A stretch of DNA of 64,000 nucleotides from Sphingobacteriales bacterium. GTDB lineage: Bacteria > Bacteroidota > Bacteroidia > Chitinophagales > LD1. This document shows, one piece after another, positions 44,129 through 55,162 of this stretch (position 1 is its first letter; each line of letters opens with the position of its first letter). Where the stretch lies: assembly GCA_018262795.1 (NCBI GenBank), contig JADFDM010000015.1, positions 9,253-73,252 on the forward strand, given 5' to 3'. The position numbers were made by a program, and so were the translations under genes. Under the pieces are notes generated by a model. It did not search any database and had not been told where the DNA came from. It was given only the letters and a program-made list of their open reading frames with translations.

Positions 44129-44776
44129 TCTACTCGAGTTCTATTCGTCACTACTGCTATTGTTTGAATTCTCTGACCGAGGCTCCACATACTTTCAAAT
44201 AGTCGAATAATATACATGGCATTGTATTTACCGAGAACGGTCCTTTGATAAGAATGACATACTCTACTTCTGTCTTTTAACTTAGTAAGTATCCGAAAGC
44301 TCTTAAAACATAATCCTTTGGGTAGCATTCCTCGAATGATGTAAAGAATCAAATATGGATTGCAGTGAGTGCCTATGCCCCCATTGCCAACCGAAGAAAC
44401 GATTCGAACTTAAACAATCACTGTACCAAATTCTACAGATTTAAAGCAGTAGTATTTTTGAGAAACTTTTCATTCAGCAACTACTGTAGCCGGCAGTAGT
44501 ATAAAATCACAAAGGCCTAAACCCTAATCAGTTCTATACCTTCGAATAATATCTAAATGCTGCGGAGAGAACATATTGTTTCAAAACGTTAACAGAATAT
44601 AAGTTGCCGACTTCTACTGAACAATGTTCTGCTATAAATGTTTCTAACTTCATAGCATCTGTTTTGCAAATTTGTCCTTCCTTGATGTAAGTTGTTCCAT
44701 CTCAGAGGTGGTATTGAGTCAGCGATTTTCACAGGCAATTATTGCAATATTTTAGAGTAATTAATTTTAGACAGTT

Positions 44777-46432
44777 ATGAAGATAAGCCCTTATGCAGGC
44801 AAACCGGCAGAACCATTCATGCTGGTAGATGTAAATAAATTGATCAGTGCCTATTACTGCAATATTCCGGAGGCATCGGTCGCTTCACAAAGAGTAGTTT
44901 TTGGCACTTCGGGGCACCGTGGTAGTTCCTTTGATTCTGCATTTAACGAGTGGCATATTGTTGCCATCAGTCAGGCTATTTGCGATTACAGAAAGCAAAT
45001 GAAGATTGAAGGACCTTTATTTTTAGGTTTCGACACTCATGCACTTTCAAAACCTGCATTTATGACTGCGGTAGAAGTGCTCGCTGCAAACGGTGTAGCG
45101 TTAATCATAGCTAAGAATGACGAATACACCCCCACACCGGTTATCTCTCATGCAATTCTTGCTTATAACAAAGGTCGCTCTTCCGGATTTGCAGATGGGA
45201 TTGTAATTACTCCTTCGCATAATCCTCCGAAAGACGGAGGTTTTAAATATAATCCGCCCAACGGTGGACCGGCCGGAAGTGAGGTGACAAAATGGATAGA
45301 AAACAAAGCCAATGAATTTCTGGAAAACAAACTTAAAGGAGTGCCAAGGCAAGCGTTTGAAAACGCCTCCAAAGCAGCCACTACTCAGCGGTACGATTTT
45401 ATGACTCCCTATATTAATGACCTCTCCCAGGTTGTAAACTTAGAAGCTATCCGACATTCAAAAATTAGAATTGGGGTGGACCCACTCGGAGGAGCAGGTG
45501 TGCATTATTGGGAGCCGATTGCGGAACGATATGGGTTGGATTTTACAATCGTTAATAAAGAGGTAGATCCTACTTTCTCATTTATGACAGTGGATTGGGA
45601 TGGACAAATACGAATGGATCCGTCTTCGGCTTATGCGATGCAGAGCTTGATAAAAATGAAAGACCGATTCGATATTTCTTTTGCCTGCGACACGGATCAC
45701 GATCGGCATGGAATTGTGACGAAAAGTTCGGGCTTGCTTCCTCCCAATCATTATTTATCGGTCGCTGCTTTATATCTTTTCGGAAATCGCCCGTTGTGGA
45801 ATAAAAATGCGGCTATCGGCAAAACCTTAGTGAGCAGTGCGATGATAGATCGGGTAGCTACTAAAATGAAGCGAAAAGTATATGAAGTGCCGGTGGGTTT
45901 TAAATGGTTTGTGGATGGACTTTTGGATGGTTCACTGGGCTTTGTAGGGGAGGAAAGTGCGGGGGCTTCCTTTGTGCGTTTTAATGGAAACGTGTGGACG
46001 ACAGATAAAGACGGAATAGTACCCGCGTTACTATCGGCTGAAATTACCGCCACTATCGGTAAAGATCCCGGAGAAATTTATCGCGATTTGGAAGGTGAGT
46101 TTGGCAAAGCTGTGTATCAGCGAGTGGAAGCACCGGCTACTACAGCGCAGAAGAAAATATTGCTTCAACTTTCTCCTTCAGACATCACCGATAAAGAATT
46201 GGCGGGAGAACCGATTATACAAACGCTTACCACGGCTCCGGGAAATAAAGCAGCTATTGGTGGAATAAAAGTGCTGGCTAAAAATGGATGGTTTGCCGCT
46301 CGCCCTTCCGGCACTGAAGACATTTATAAAATTTATGCGGAGAGTTTTCTGAATGAAGCACACCTTGAAAAAATTCTGAAAGAGGCGCAACATATTGTAG
46401 ATAACACTTTAAACAGAAAAGTGCCGAGTTGA
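44777..46432 (+). CDS. pgm: Phosphoglucomutase (alpha-D-glucose phosphate-specific)
   Basis: FGTSGHRGSS and ITPSHNPPKDGGFKYNPPNGGPA (phosphoserine loop) in a 551-aa protein, collinear with E. coli Pgm. Confidence 0.9.
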   Translation: MKISPYAGKPAEPFMLVDVNKLISAYYCNIPEASVASQRVVFGTSGHRGSSFDSAFNEWHIVAISQAICDYRKQMKIEGPLFLGFDTHALSKPAFMTAVEVLAANGVALIIAKNDEYTPTPVISHAILAYNKGRSSGFADGIVITPSHNPPKDGGFKYNPPNGGPAGSEVTKWIENKANEFLENKLKGVPRQAFENASKAATTQRYDFMTPYINDLSQVVNLEAIRHSKIRIGVDPLGGAGVHYWEPIAERYGLDFTIVNKEVDPTFSFMTVDWDGQIRMDPSSAYAMQSLIKMKDRFDISFACDTDHDRHGIVTKSSGLLPPNHYLSVAALYLFGNRPLWNKNAAIGKTLVSSAMIDRVATKMKRKVYEVPVGFKWFVDGLLDGSLGFVGEESAGASFVRFNGNVWTTDKDGIVPALLSAEITATIGKDPGEIYRDLEGEFGKAVYQRVEAPATTAQKKILLQLSPSDITDKELAGEPIIQTLTTAPGNKAAIGGIKVLAKNGWFAARPSGTEDIYKIYAESFLNEAHLEKILKEAQHIVDNTLNRKVPS

Positions 46433-46480
46433 ATGATAGAAGCGACTACCTAAATCCTTTAAAGAGTTGATATATAGCCA

Positions 46481-49400
46481 ATGAATTTGAAAGTGAAAAA
46501 TCTTCATGAACTTTTGTCGCAACTAAATGACCTTGTCAAAGGAACATCGTCTGAAATTAGTGCGCAAAACGAAGCTCCTATACGTTCAGAACTATTTAAC
46601 TCTGACCAAATGCTTCAGCATTGTCCGGCCTTGGCAAAGTCGCATAAGCTGAGCAAGAAAAAGATACCCGACCGCCTACTACCTCGGCTTGCCAATAATG
46701 AAAGAGTACTGCTTCAAGTACGCCAATCACTTACCAAATCTATGAAGCAGGATTATCAAATGAGCGCTGCCGGAGAGTGGCTCTTAGATAATTTCTATTT
46801 GATTGAGGAGCAAATTCGACTGGCAAAAAAACATCTTCCGAAGGGCTATAGTGAAGGCTTGCCGCAGTTGCAGGAAGGGGCATCAGCAGGGTTGCCACGA
46901 GTGTATGACATTGTGCTCGAATTGATTTCCCACAGCGATGGAAGAATAGACAAGGAAAGCATCAGCGAATTTATTAAATCGTATAACGCGATTACCCACC
47001 TAAAGTTAGGGGAGTTGTGGGCCATTCCGATTATGGTGCGGCTGGCGCTAATCGAAAATTTGCGAAGAGTGGCGGCATTAGTTGCGGTCAGTGATGCACA
47101 GAGAAATTTGGCTGATTACTGGGCTAAAGAATTATCAGATACCGCAGAGAACAAACCTCAGAATTTAATTTTGGTGTTGGCCGATATGGCGCGATCGAAC
47201 CCTCCATTAGAGCGTGCTTTTGTTGCCGAGTTTACGCGCCAACTTCGCGGCAAGGGACCCACGCTTGCGCAAGCACTCAATTGGATGGAACAGCGGTTAG
47301 CGGAGAACGGCCAAACGAGTAATGAATTGGTGCAAGATGAAAACCAGCAGCAGGCAGCAGATCAGGTTTCTGTGAGCAACAGTATTGCGAGTTTAAGAGA
47401 GTTAAGTGCTATTGACTGGCGGCTTTTTGTGGAAGAGCATAGCATCGTTGAGCAAATTCTTCGCGAGGATGCTATTTACCCGCAAATGGATTTTTCGACT
47501 CGCGACCGGTATAGGCATGTGATAGAGCACCTTGCAAAAAATTCAGAATTGTCGGAAGAAGAAGTGGCGAGAGTTGCGGTGCAACTCGCACAAGACGATG
47601 CTAAAAAAGAAATGCCGGATGCCAAAACTTCGCATGTTGGGTATTACCTTATCAGTAAAGGATTAGAACAAACCGAAAGAAAGACAGAGAAGCGAATCCG
47701 TTTTTCAGAGCGGCTGAGAAAAGCCACTGCAAAATTCTCTCTGACTTTTTATTTGGGCAGTATATTATTGATAGCGTCCGCCATTACTGCGGGGGTTATT
47801 TATGAGATGGTTTTGCATATTTCTGATTATCGCATCATCACCATCATCGGGATACTTTGTTTTGTTTGTGCCAGTCAGCTCGCCATCAGTTTTGTCAACT
47901 TCTTTTCCAGCCTAATAGTTCAGCCGGCACTATTACCTCGTATGGATTACTCGGAAGAAATTCCTGAACAGCATCGCTCCTTAATCGTGATTCCTTGTAT
48001 GCTCACGAGTATTGCGGATATAGACCTTTTAGCAGAGACTTTAGAAGTTCACTTTCTCGCGAACAAAGAAAATAATTTACACTTCGCCCTTCTTACAGAT
48101 TTTAAAGATGCGCCACAGCAAGAAATGCCGGAAGATCAAGAGCTGCTGCATTTTGTTCAACATAGAATAAAGGAATTAATCGAAAAATATTCGGAGCAGC
48201 GCAGCGATTTATTTTTCCTATTTCACCGATCTAGGAAATGGAACCCTGCGGGAGGTATTTGGATGGGGTATGAGCGGAAGCGCGGTAAGCTGGAGGAATT
48301 GAACAGTTTTCTTCGCGGAGGTGCCAAGGATTGTTTTTCGCTGATAGTAGGCGAGCAATCAGTGCTGCAAAAAATAAAGTATGTGATTACGCTGGATGCA
48401 GATACTCAACTGCCTCGCGATGCGGCTTGGAAAATGATTGGAGCAATGGCGCATCCATTAAATGAAGCGGTGTATGACCCGAATAAAAAGCGAGTGGTGG
48501 ACGGCTATGGGATTTTGCAGCCGCGGGTGTCGGTGAGCTTGCCCGATATTCATAGTTCACTTTACACCCGCATGAACGGTAACGAGCCGGGGATTGACCC
48601 ATATACCCGGGCTGTTTCCGACATCTATCAAGATATTTTTCAGGAAGGTTCATTTATTGGTAAGGGGATTTACGATGTAGATATATTTTTGAAAGCCTTG
48701 CATGATAAGTTTCCGGAGAATCGGATTCTCAGCCATGACTTACTTGAAGGATGTTATACCCGGTCGGGCTTGTTGAGCGATGTTCAACTTTACGAAAAAT
48801 ATCCTTCGGGGTATCTCACCGACATGCAAAGAAGGCATCGTTGGATTCGGGGCGATTGGCAAATTATGGCGTGGATTCTGCCGATAGTACCCGGCTCAGA
48901 TTTTCGGTGGCACCGCAATCCTCTGTCAGGGTTATCGAGATGGAAAATCTTTGATAACCTTCGCAGAAGCCTTACCCCACTTGCCTTCACCGCCTTCCTA
49001 ATTATTGGCTGGACGGTATTGCCCGCTTCAGGAATATGGACCCTTCTTATTACCGGCATTATTATTCTGCCCGGCATTGTGTTTACCCTCTGGGATATAA
49101 TGCGCAAGCCCAAAGATGTGATTCTGCGCCATCACCTGATACTCTCTTCAGTTAGTGCCGGCAAAACAGCGCTGGAAACTTTTTTTACAGTCATCTGCCT
49201 TCCATACGAAGCGTATATTAATCTGGATGCAATTCTCCGCACCACTTGGCGAATTATTTTTTCGCATAAGAATCTACTTCGATGGAAATCACTCAGCGTA
49301 AATGAATATGGCAAGCGAGAAACACTGATTGCCTCTTATCTATCTATGTGGGCAGAACCGGCTGCGGGATTAATCATTTTTATTTGGCTAAGTATTTTGA

Positions 49401-52400
49401 ATCCTTTAGCACTACCGGTGGCAGCGCCTGTGTTGTTACTGTGGGTGATAGCTCCGTTCATCACTTGGAACTTCAGCTTGCCGATGAAGCCGAAAAAATC
49501 GGAGCTGACCACTTTACAAAATATCTTTCTTCGAAAAATAGCCAGAAAAACATGGTTCTTTTTTGATCAGTTAGTAACGGCTGATGATAATTGGTTGCCT
49601 CCTGATAATTTTCAAGAAGTTCCGCAGGCAGTTATAGCGCATCGCACTTCACCCACCAACATCGGATTATATCTGCTATCCAATTTAACGGCACATGATT
49701 TTGGATATATCACCACTGCCCAATTGATAGATCGAACTACCAATACCATTGCCAGTATGAAGAAACTGGAGCGGTATCGCGGTCATTTTTATAACTGGTA
49801 CGATACTCAATCACTTCGACCACTTGCTCCGCGATATATTTCAACAGTGGATAGTGGCAATCTGGCCGGTCACTTACTTACGGTGCGACAAGGAGTACTA
49901 AATATCCTGAACAAAAAAATAATTGCATCTCCTCTTTTTTGTGGCCTCAGAGACACCTTGAATGTACTGAAAAATGAACTTAAAAAGACTGATTTAGATT
50001 CTTTGAAACCTTTTAATGAGGAGTTAAAAGCAGCATTATCAAATGAAGATAAAACGCTGGAATCAATGAAGTCTCGGCTGGAAAATCTCCAACAAAGCTT
50101 TACTCAAATTGCTTCGATAGATACGGCAGATAATACGACTGCAACTCGTTGGAAAAATTCGTTGGAAGCTATGGTAACTGCCGCTTTGGAAGAGTTGAAA
50201 AATATGACCCCTTGGATATTTTTACCGCCCCCTCCCGAAAAATTTAATGACTTACTGAGCTTCAAGCATATCCCCACTTTATCGGATCTCTCAAAATGGT
50301 ACCAATCGGTTTTAGAAAAAATTTCAGATTTAATAGCTGCCGAAAATAATGCCGGAGAAAAGGAATGGTTATCCAAACTTCAAATTCAACTAACAGAAGC
50401 TGCAAAGACGATAGAAAGCCAACAATCATCTATAGAGGAATTAGCGGAAGAGTGTAATGAATTTTCGCAAATGGAATTAGATTTTCTGTATGACAAAACA
50501 AAAGACTTACTCACCATTGGCTATAATGTGGAGGATCACCGATGCGATCCGAGTTATTATGATTTGCTGGCTTCCGAAGCTCGGTTGGGAATTTTTGTTG
50601 GCATTGCACAGGGAAGATTACCGCAGAAGAGTTGGTTTGCTTTAGGCAGATTACTGACAAATGTGGACGGGCATCCTATCCTCCTTTCATGGAGTGGTTC
50701 TATGTTTGAATATCTGATGCCCAAGCTGGTTTTGCCTACTTACCCAAACACGCTAATGGATCAAAGCTACAAGGAAGCGGTGGATAGGCAGATAAACTAT
50801 GGTCGGCAACAAAATGTTCCGTGGGGAATTTCGGAGAGTTGCTACAACGCCCGTGACAATAATCAGAATTATCAGTACAAAGCATTCGGAGTACCGGGCT
50901 TAGGCCTGAAAAGAGGGTTAGGAGAGGATTTAGTCATTGCACCGTACGCTACCGTAATGGCATTAATGGTAAACGCGAAGAAGGCTTGCGAGAACCTACA
51001 GCAGATGGCTATCAAAGGATTTGAAGGCGATTATGGATTTTACGAATCTATAGACTTTACTCCTTCTCGGGTGCCTCCGGGTCAAACGCTCGCCATTGTA
51101 CATACGTATATGGCACATCACCAAGGCATGAGTTTTCTGTCGCTTGCTTATGCCCTTCTTAATCAACCCATGCAAAAACTCTTTATGGCTGACCCCTCCT
51201 TTCAAGCCACCCTCTTATTACTGCAAGAGCGCATTCCTAAAGCTTCTACTTTCTATAAGCATACGACAGAAATTGCCGAAATTCAGAAGACCAGCAAAGA
51301 GCCGGAAGTGAAGATTATCAATACCCCCAACACTTCGGTGCCGGCCGTGCAATTATTGTCGAACGGTCGCTACCATGTGATGGTAACCAATGCCGGAGGT
51401 GGTTACAGCAAATGGAAAAACTTAGCCGTAACGCGCTGGCGCGAAGATACCACCTGCGACAACTGGGGAGTATTTTGTTACCTCCGCGATAATGCAACCA
51501 ATCACTTTTGGTCGGTGGCACATCAGCCAACTTTAAAAACGGGGAAAAACTTTGAAGTCGCTTTTTCGCAGGGGCGAGCTGACCTGCACATGGTGCAAAA
51601 CAATATCGTGTCGCACATCGAGATGGTGGTTTCACCGGAAGATGATATTGAAATGCGAAGAGTGCATCTCACGAACCTTTCGAGCAAGCGCAGAACACTC
51701 GACATTACCACTTATGCCGAAGTGGTGATTGCGCCTCCTGCCGATGACGAGGCACACCCGGCCTTCAGTAATCTATTTGTTCAAACTGAAATTTTGCCGA
51801 ATCATCACGCGATTCTCTGCACCAGAAGACCGCGCTCGTCCGAAGAGAAGCCTCCCTGGATGTTTCACATGGTCAAACTGCACGGAAAGGACATTACAGA
51901 TATTTCGTACGAAACAGACCGCCTGAAGTTTCTTGGAAGAGGCAACACCTTGACCAACCCTGCTGCTATGCAAAGCGAAGGCAAACTTTCAGGCAGCCAA
52001 GGACCGGTGCTCGATCCGGTGGTATCCATTCGGGTTCCGATAACGTTGGAGCCGGATGAAACTATTACGCTGGATATGGTCATTGGAATGGCTGAAACGC
52101 GAGAGATATGTCAAAATCTGGTGGATAAATATCAGGATAAACATCATAAAGATCGTGTATTCGAGTTGGCATGGGCGCATAATCAAATTATTACCCGACA
52201 GATTAATGCCAGCAACTCCGATGCACAATTATACAATCGCTTGGCCGGGTCTATCATATTCAACAATCGGTCACAGCGGGCGGATCCCTCCATTCTCATC
52301 AGAAATCAACGCGGCCAGTCCGGACTTTGGCCGTACTCTATTTCAGGCGATCTGCCAATTGTATTGCTAAAAATTGAAGAAGAAACAGAGATTGAATTGG

Positions 52401-55162
52401 TTCGGCAATTGGTACAGGCTCATGCCTATTGGCAATTGAAAGGCTTGATGGTAGATCTTGTAATCTGGAACGAAAAGCATGGAGGATATCGCCAACTACT
52501 GCACAATCAAATTGCAGAATTACTCAGCTCTCAACCAAATAACCAGCAGGGAAAAGTGTACCTAAGAACTGGAGAGCAAATGTCGGAAGAAGATCAAATT
52601 CTGTTTCAAACGGTGGCAAGAGTAGTTATCACCGGAAGCGGAGGCTCCCTCGCAGATCATATCCTCCGAAAAAATCCAGCAAAATTGCCCATCCCTCAAA
52701 TTGCTCCGGCAAAAACTTACATCCCATCTACTAAACCGATTTCTCCCCCAGAAGATCTCGTATTCTTTAATGGCTTCGGAGGTTTCTCGCAAGATGGGAA
52801 AGAATATGTAATCCATATTCCCGATGGCAACATGACTCCTGCCCCTTGGGTCAATGTTATTGCTAATCCAAACTTCGGAACCGTTGTTTCAGAAAGTGGT
52901 CAGTCCTATACCTGGAACGAAAATGCACACGAGTTCCGCCTTACCCCCTGGCATAATGACCAAGTATCAGATGCTGCCGGAGAAACATTTTATCTGCGCG
53001 ATGAAGAAACAGGGCATGTGTGGTCGCCCACTGCTTTGCCGCGTAAAGGCATCCATGGCTATCTCGTGCGCCATGGATTTGGCTACAGCATTTTTGAACA
53101 TGAAGAAGACGGAATACACTCTGAACTGTGTGTATATGTGGACTTGGAAAGTTCTATAAAATTTTCTGTTCTTAAACTGAAAAATAATTCAGAGAGGGCA
53201 AGGCGCATTTCTGTGACCGGATATATGGAAGTAGTGTTAGGCGATTTGAGAACCAAAACTTCCATGTATTTAGTCACAGAGTTCAACTCTGACACGGGAG
53301 CACTATTTGCCAAAAACCCTTACAATACCGAATTCCCCGGAAGAGTAGTGTTTTTTGATACCGATGAAACGGTGAAGACCTACACCGGTGATCGCTCAGA
53401 GTTTATAGGTCGCAATGGCAATTTACAAAATCCAGATGCACTGCTTCGCACTAAACTATCGGGCAAAACGGGTGTGGGCTTAGACCCTTGTTTAGCGATG
53501 CAAGTAACTGTTGATTTGTTTGATGGACAAGAACGCGAAATAATATTCAAACTTGGAGCCGGAGTCACTATGGACGAAGCAAGGAAAACGGTGCTTCAAT
53601 TTAAAGGCTCTGACAAAGCGAAAGAAGCACTGAATCGAGTTAGAGCGCATTGGCAAAACACTTTGGATACTATGCAGGTAGAAACTCCTGATGCTTCGAC
53701 CAATCTTTTAAGCAACGGATGGTTAGTGTATCAAACGATCTCTTGTCGTTTATGGGGCCGCAGCGGATTTTACCAATCAGGTGGCGCTTTCGGTTTCAGA
53801 GATCAGTTGCAGGATGTGATGGCTTTGACCCACGCGGCACCGCAGTTAACGAGGGCACAAATTATTCTTTCCGCTTCGCGCCAATTTGCAGAGGGCGATG
53901 CACAACATTGGTGGCACCCTCCTATGGGCAGAGGAGTAAGAACTCGCTGTTCCGATGATTATCTATGGCTTCCGTTTGCAGTATGCCACTATGTTTCTGC
54001 TACAGGCGATACCGATATTTTACAAGAGAAAATTCCTTTTCTGAAAGGACGAGTACTCAATCCGGGAGAAGACTCTTATTATGAGTTGGCTACTGCTTCA
54101 AGAATTGCAGAGTCCTTGTATAAACATTGTGTAAAGGCAATTACACATGGCTTGCAATTTGGCGCGAATGGATTGCCGCTGATGGGAATGGGCGATTGGA
54201 ACGATGGAATGGATCAGGTAGGCAAAGATGGGAAAGGCGAAAGTGTGTGGCTGGCATTTTTCCTTTATGATATTCTGAACCGATTTGCGGAGATAGCTCG
54301 GCAAAATCAGGATACAACTTTTGCCGACCGATGTACAGAAGAGGCAAAAAAACTACAAGAAAATATTGCTAAGTGCGCTTGGGATGGCGAATGGTATTTG
54401 AGAGCTTTCTTCGATGATGGCTCCCCACTCGGAGCCTCCACTAATCCGGAATGTAAGATAGATTCCATTGCACAAAGTTGGTCTGTCTTGTCAGGAGCCG
54501 GAGATGCTAAGCACACAACACAAGCGCTCGAGAGTGCCTATTCGCATTTAGTAAAAAAGGACGATGCTTTGATAAAACTGCTGACTCCTGCATTCGATAA
54601 ATCTGATTTAGAACCGGGATACATCAAAGGCTATTTGCCGGGAGTGCGGGAGAATGGAGGTCAATATACCCATGCCGCAGTTTGGTTAGTAATGGCTTTT
54701 GCCAAAGCCGGAAACAGGGAGCGCACTTGGGAGTTGTTGCAAGATATCTATCCGATAAATCACGGAAGAACAGCCGATGAAATTGCAACCTACACAGTAG
54801 AGCCTTATGTGACTGCGGGCGATGTGTATGCCGAAACTCCTCACACCGGCAAAGGTGGCTGGACTTGGTACACCGGCTCCGCAGGGTGGATGTACCAACT
54901 GATCACAAAATCATTTCTCGGTATTATTAAAGAAGGCAATACGCTAAAATTCAACCCTTGCATTCCTGCTGAATGGACTTCGTTCAAAGTTCACTATCGG
55001 TTTGGAAAAGCCGTTTACCACATCGAGGTAATGCAAGCGCAAGGCACAGGAGAAATGTCGGTAACGCTTGACAATGCAAAACAACCTGATGGAACACTTC
55101 CCTTGACCGATGACGGAGCAGAACATAATGTAGCGGTGAAAGTGTTTGCAAAGTCTGCCTAA
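46481..55162 (+). CDS. cgs: Cyclic beta-1,2-glucan synthase (Cgs/NdvB/ChvB type: TM region + GT84 + GH94-like phosphorylase domain)
   Basis: A 2893-aa protein. The GT region has VITLDADTQLPRD and QRRHRWIRGDWQ and is flanked by TM helices. The C-terminal GH94-type region has DYLWLP, GDWNDGM and WTWYTGSAGWMYQ. Size and order match Cgs/NdvB. Confidence 0.85.
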   Translation: MNLKVKNLHELLSQLNDLVKGTSSEISAQNEAPIRSELFNSDQMLQHCPALAKSHKLSKKKIPDRLLPRLANNERVLLQVRQSLTKSMKQDYQMSAAGEWLLDNFYLIEEQIRLAKKHLPKGYSEGLPQLQEGASAGLPRVYDIVLELISHSDGRIDKESISEFIKSYNAITHLKLGELWAIPIMVRLALIENLRRVAALVAVSDAQRNLADYWAKELSDTAENKPQNLILVLADMARSNPPLERAFVAEFTRQLRGKGPTLAQALNWMEQRLAENGQTSNELVQDENQQQAADQVSVSNSIASLRELSAIDWRLFVEEHSIVEQILREDAIYPQMDFSTRDRYRHVIEHLAKNSELSEEEVARVAVQLAQDDAKKEMPDAKTSHVGYYLISKGLEQTERKTEKRIRFSERLRKATAKFSLTFYLGSILLIASAITAGVIYEMVLHISDYRIITIIGILCFVCASQLAISFVNFFSSLIVQPALLPRMDYSEEIPEQHRSLIVIPCMLTSIADIDLLAETLEVHFLANKENNLHFALLTDFKDAPQQEMPEDQELLHFVQHRIKELIEKYSEQRSDLFFLFHRSRKWNPAGGIWMGYERKRGKLEELNSFLRGGAKDCFSLIVGEQSVLQKIKYVITLDADTQLPRDAAWKMIGAMAHPLNEAVYDPNKKRVVDGYGILQPRVSVSLPDIHSSLYTRMNGNEPGIDPYTRAVSDIYQDIFQEGSFIGKGIYDVDIFLKALHDKFPENRILSHDLLEGCYTRSGLLSDVQLYEKYPSGYLTDMQRRHRWIRGDWQIMAWILPIVPGSDFRWHRNPLSGLSRWKIFDNLRRSLTPLAFTAFLIIGWTVLPASGIWTLLITGIIILPGIVFTLWDIMRKPKDVILRHHLILSSVSAGKTALETFFTVICLPYEAYINLDAILRTTWRIIFSHKNLLRWKSLSVNEYGKRETLIASYLSMWAEPAAGLIIFIWLSILNPLALPVAAPVLLLWVIAPFITWNFSLPMKPKKSELTTLQNIFLRKIARKTWFFFDQLVTADDNWLPPDNFQEVPQAVIAHRTSPTNIGLYLLSNLTAHDFGYITTAQLIDRTTNTIASMKKLERYRGHFYNWYDTQSLRPLAPRYISTVDSGNLAGHLLTVRQGVLNILNKKIIASPLFCGLRDTLNVLKNELKKTDLDSLKPFNEELKAALSNEDKTLESMKSRLENLQQSFTQIASIDTADNTTATRWKNSLEAMVTAALEELKNMTPWIFLPPPPEKFNDLLSFKHIPTLSDLSKWYQSVLEKISDLIAAENNAGEKEWLSKLQIQLTEAAKTIESQQSSIEELAEECNEFSQMELDFLYDKTKDLLTIGYNVEDHRCDPSYYDLLASEARLGIFVGIAQGRLPQKSWFALGRLLTNVDGHPILLSWSGSMFEYLMPKLVLPTYPNTLMDQSYKEAVDRQINYGRQQNVPWGISESCYNARDNNQNYQYKAFGVPGLGLKRGLGEDLVIAPYATVMALMVNAKKACENLQQMAIKGFEGDYGFYESIDFTPSRVPPGQTLAIVHTYMAHHQGMSFLSLAYALLNQPMQKLFMADPSFQATLLLLQERIPKASTFYKHTTEIAEIQKTSKEPEVKIINTPNTSVPAVQLLSNGRYHVMVTNAGGGYSKWKNLAVTRWREDTTCDNWGVFCYLRDNATNHFWSVAHQPTLKTGKNFEVAFSQGRADLHMVQNNIVSHIEMVVSPEDDIEMRRVHLTNLSSKRRTLDITTYAEVVIAPPADDEAHPAFSNLFVQTEILPNHHAILCTRRPRSSEEKPPWMFHMVKLHGKDITDISYETDRLKFLGRGNTLTNPAAMQSEGKLSGSQGPVLDPVVSIRVPITLEPDETITLDMVIGMAETREICQNLVDKYQDKHHKDRVFELAWAHNQIITRQINASNSDAQLYNRLAGSIIFNNRSQRADPSILIRNQRGQSGLWPYSISGDLPIVLLKIEEETEIELVRQLVQAHAYWQLKGLMVDLVIWNEKHGGYRQLLHNQIAELLSSQPNNQQGKVYLRTGEQMSEEDQILFQTVARVVITGSGGSLADHILRKNPAKLPIPQIAPAKTYIPSTKPISPPEDLVFFNGFGGFSQDGKEYVIHIPDGNMTPAPWVNVIANPNFGTVVSESGQSYTWNENAHEFRLTPWHNDQVSDAAGETFYLRDEETGHVWSPTALPRKGIHGYLVRHGFGYSIFEHEEDGIHSELCVYVDLESSIKFSVLKLKNNSERARRISVTGYMEVVLGDLRTKTSMYLVTEFNSDTGALFAKNPYNTEFPGRVVFFDTDETVKTYTGDRSEFIGRNGNLQNPDALLRTKLSGKTGVGLDPCLAMQVTVDLFDGQEREIIFKLGAGVTMDEARKTVLQFKGSDKAKEALNRVRAHWQNTLDTMQVETPDASTNLLSNGWLVYQTISCRLWGRSGFYQSGGAFGFRDQLQDVMALTHAAPQLTRAQIILSASRQFAEGDAQHWWHPPMGRGVRTRCSDDYLWLPFAVCHYVSATGDTDILQEKIPFLKGRVLNPGEDSYYELATASRIAESLYKHCVKAITHGLQFGANGLPLMGMGDWNDGMDQVGKDGKGESVWLAFFLYDILNRFAEIARQNQDTTFADRCTEEAKKLQENIAKCAWDGEWYLRAFFDDGSPLGASTNPECKIDSIAQSWSVLSGAGDAKHTTQALESAYSHLVKKDDALIKLLTPAFDKSDLEPGYIKGYLPGVRENGGQYTHAAVWLVMAFAKAGNRERTWELLQDIYPINHGRTADEIATYTVEPYVTAGDVYAETPHTGKGGWTWYTGSAGWMYQLITKSFLGIIKEGNTLKFNPCIPAEWTSFKVHYRFGKAVYHIEVMQAQGTGEMSVTLDNAKQPDGTLPLTDDGAEHNVAVKVFAKSA

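Noticed and set aside
44086-44352. An 88-aa minus-strand ORF containing IIRGMLPKG, faintly reminiscent of the group II intron maturase RGW.NYY motif.
   Set aside because: The resemblance is limited to 3-4 residues. The ORF overlaps the 3' end of the lipoprotein gene, and there is no reverse-transcriptase domain or intron RNA structure nearby.
44401-44409. GATTCGAAC, the reverse complement of the tRNA T-loop consensus GTTCGAATC, suggesting a minus-strand tRNA.
   Set aside because: The flanking bases cannot form a T-stem (ttaag / cgttt are not complementary). No acceptor or anticodon arms could be built.
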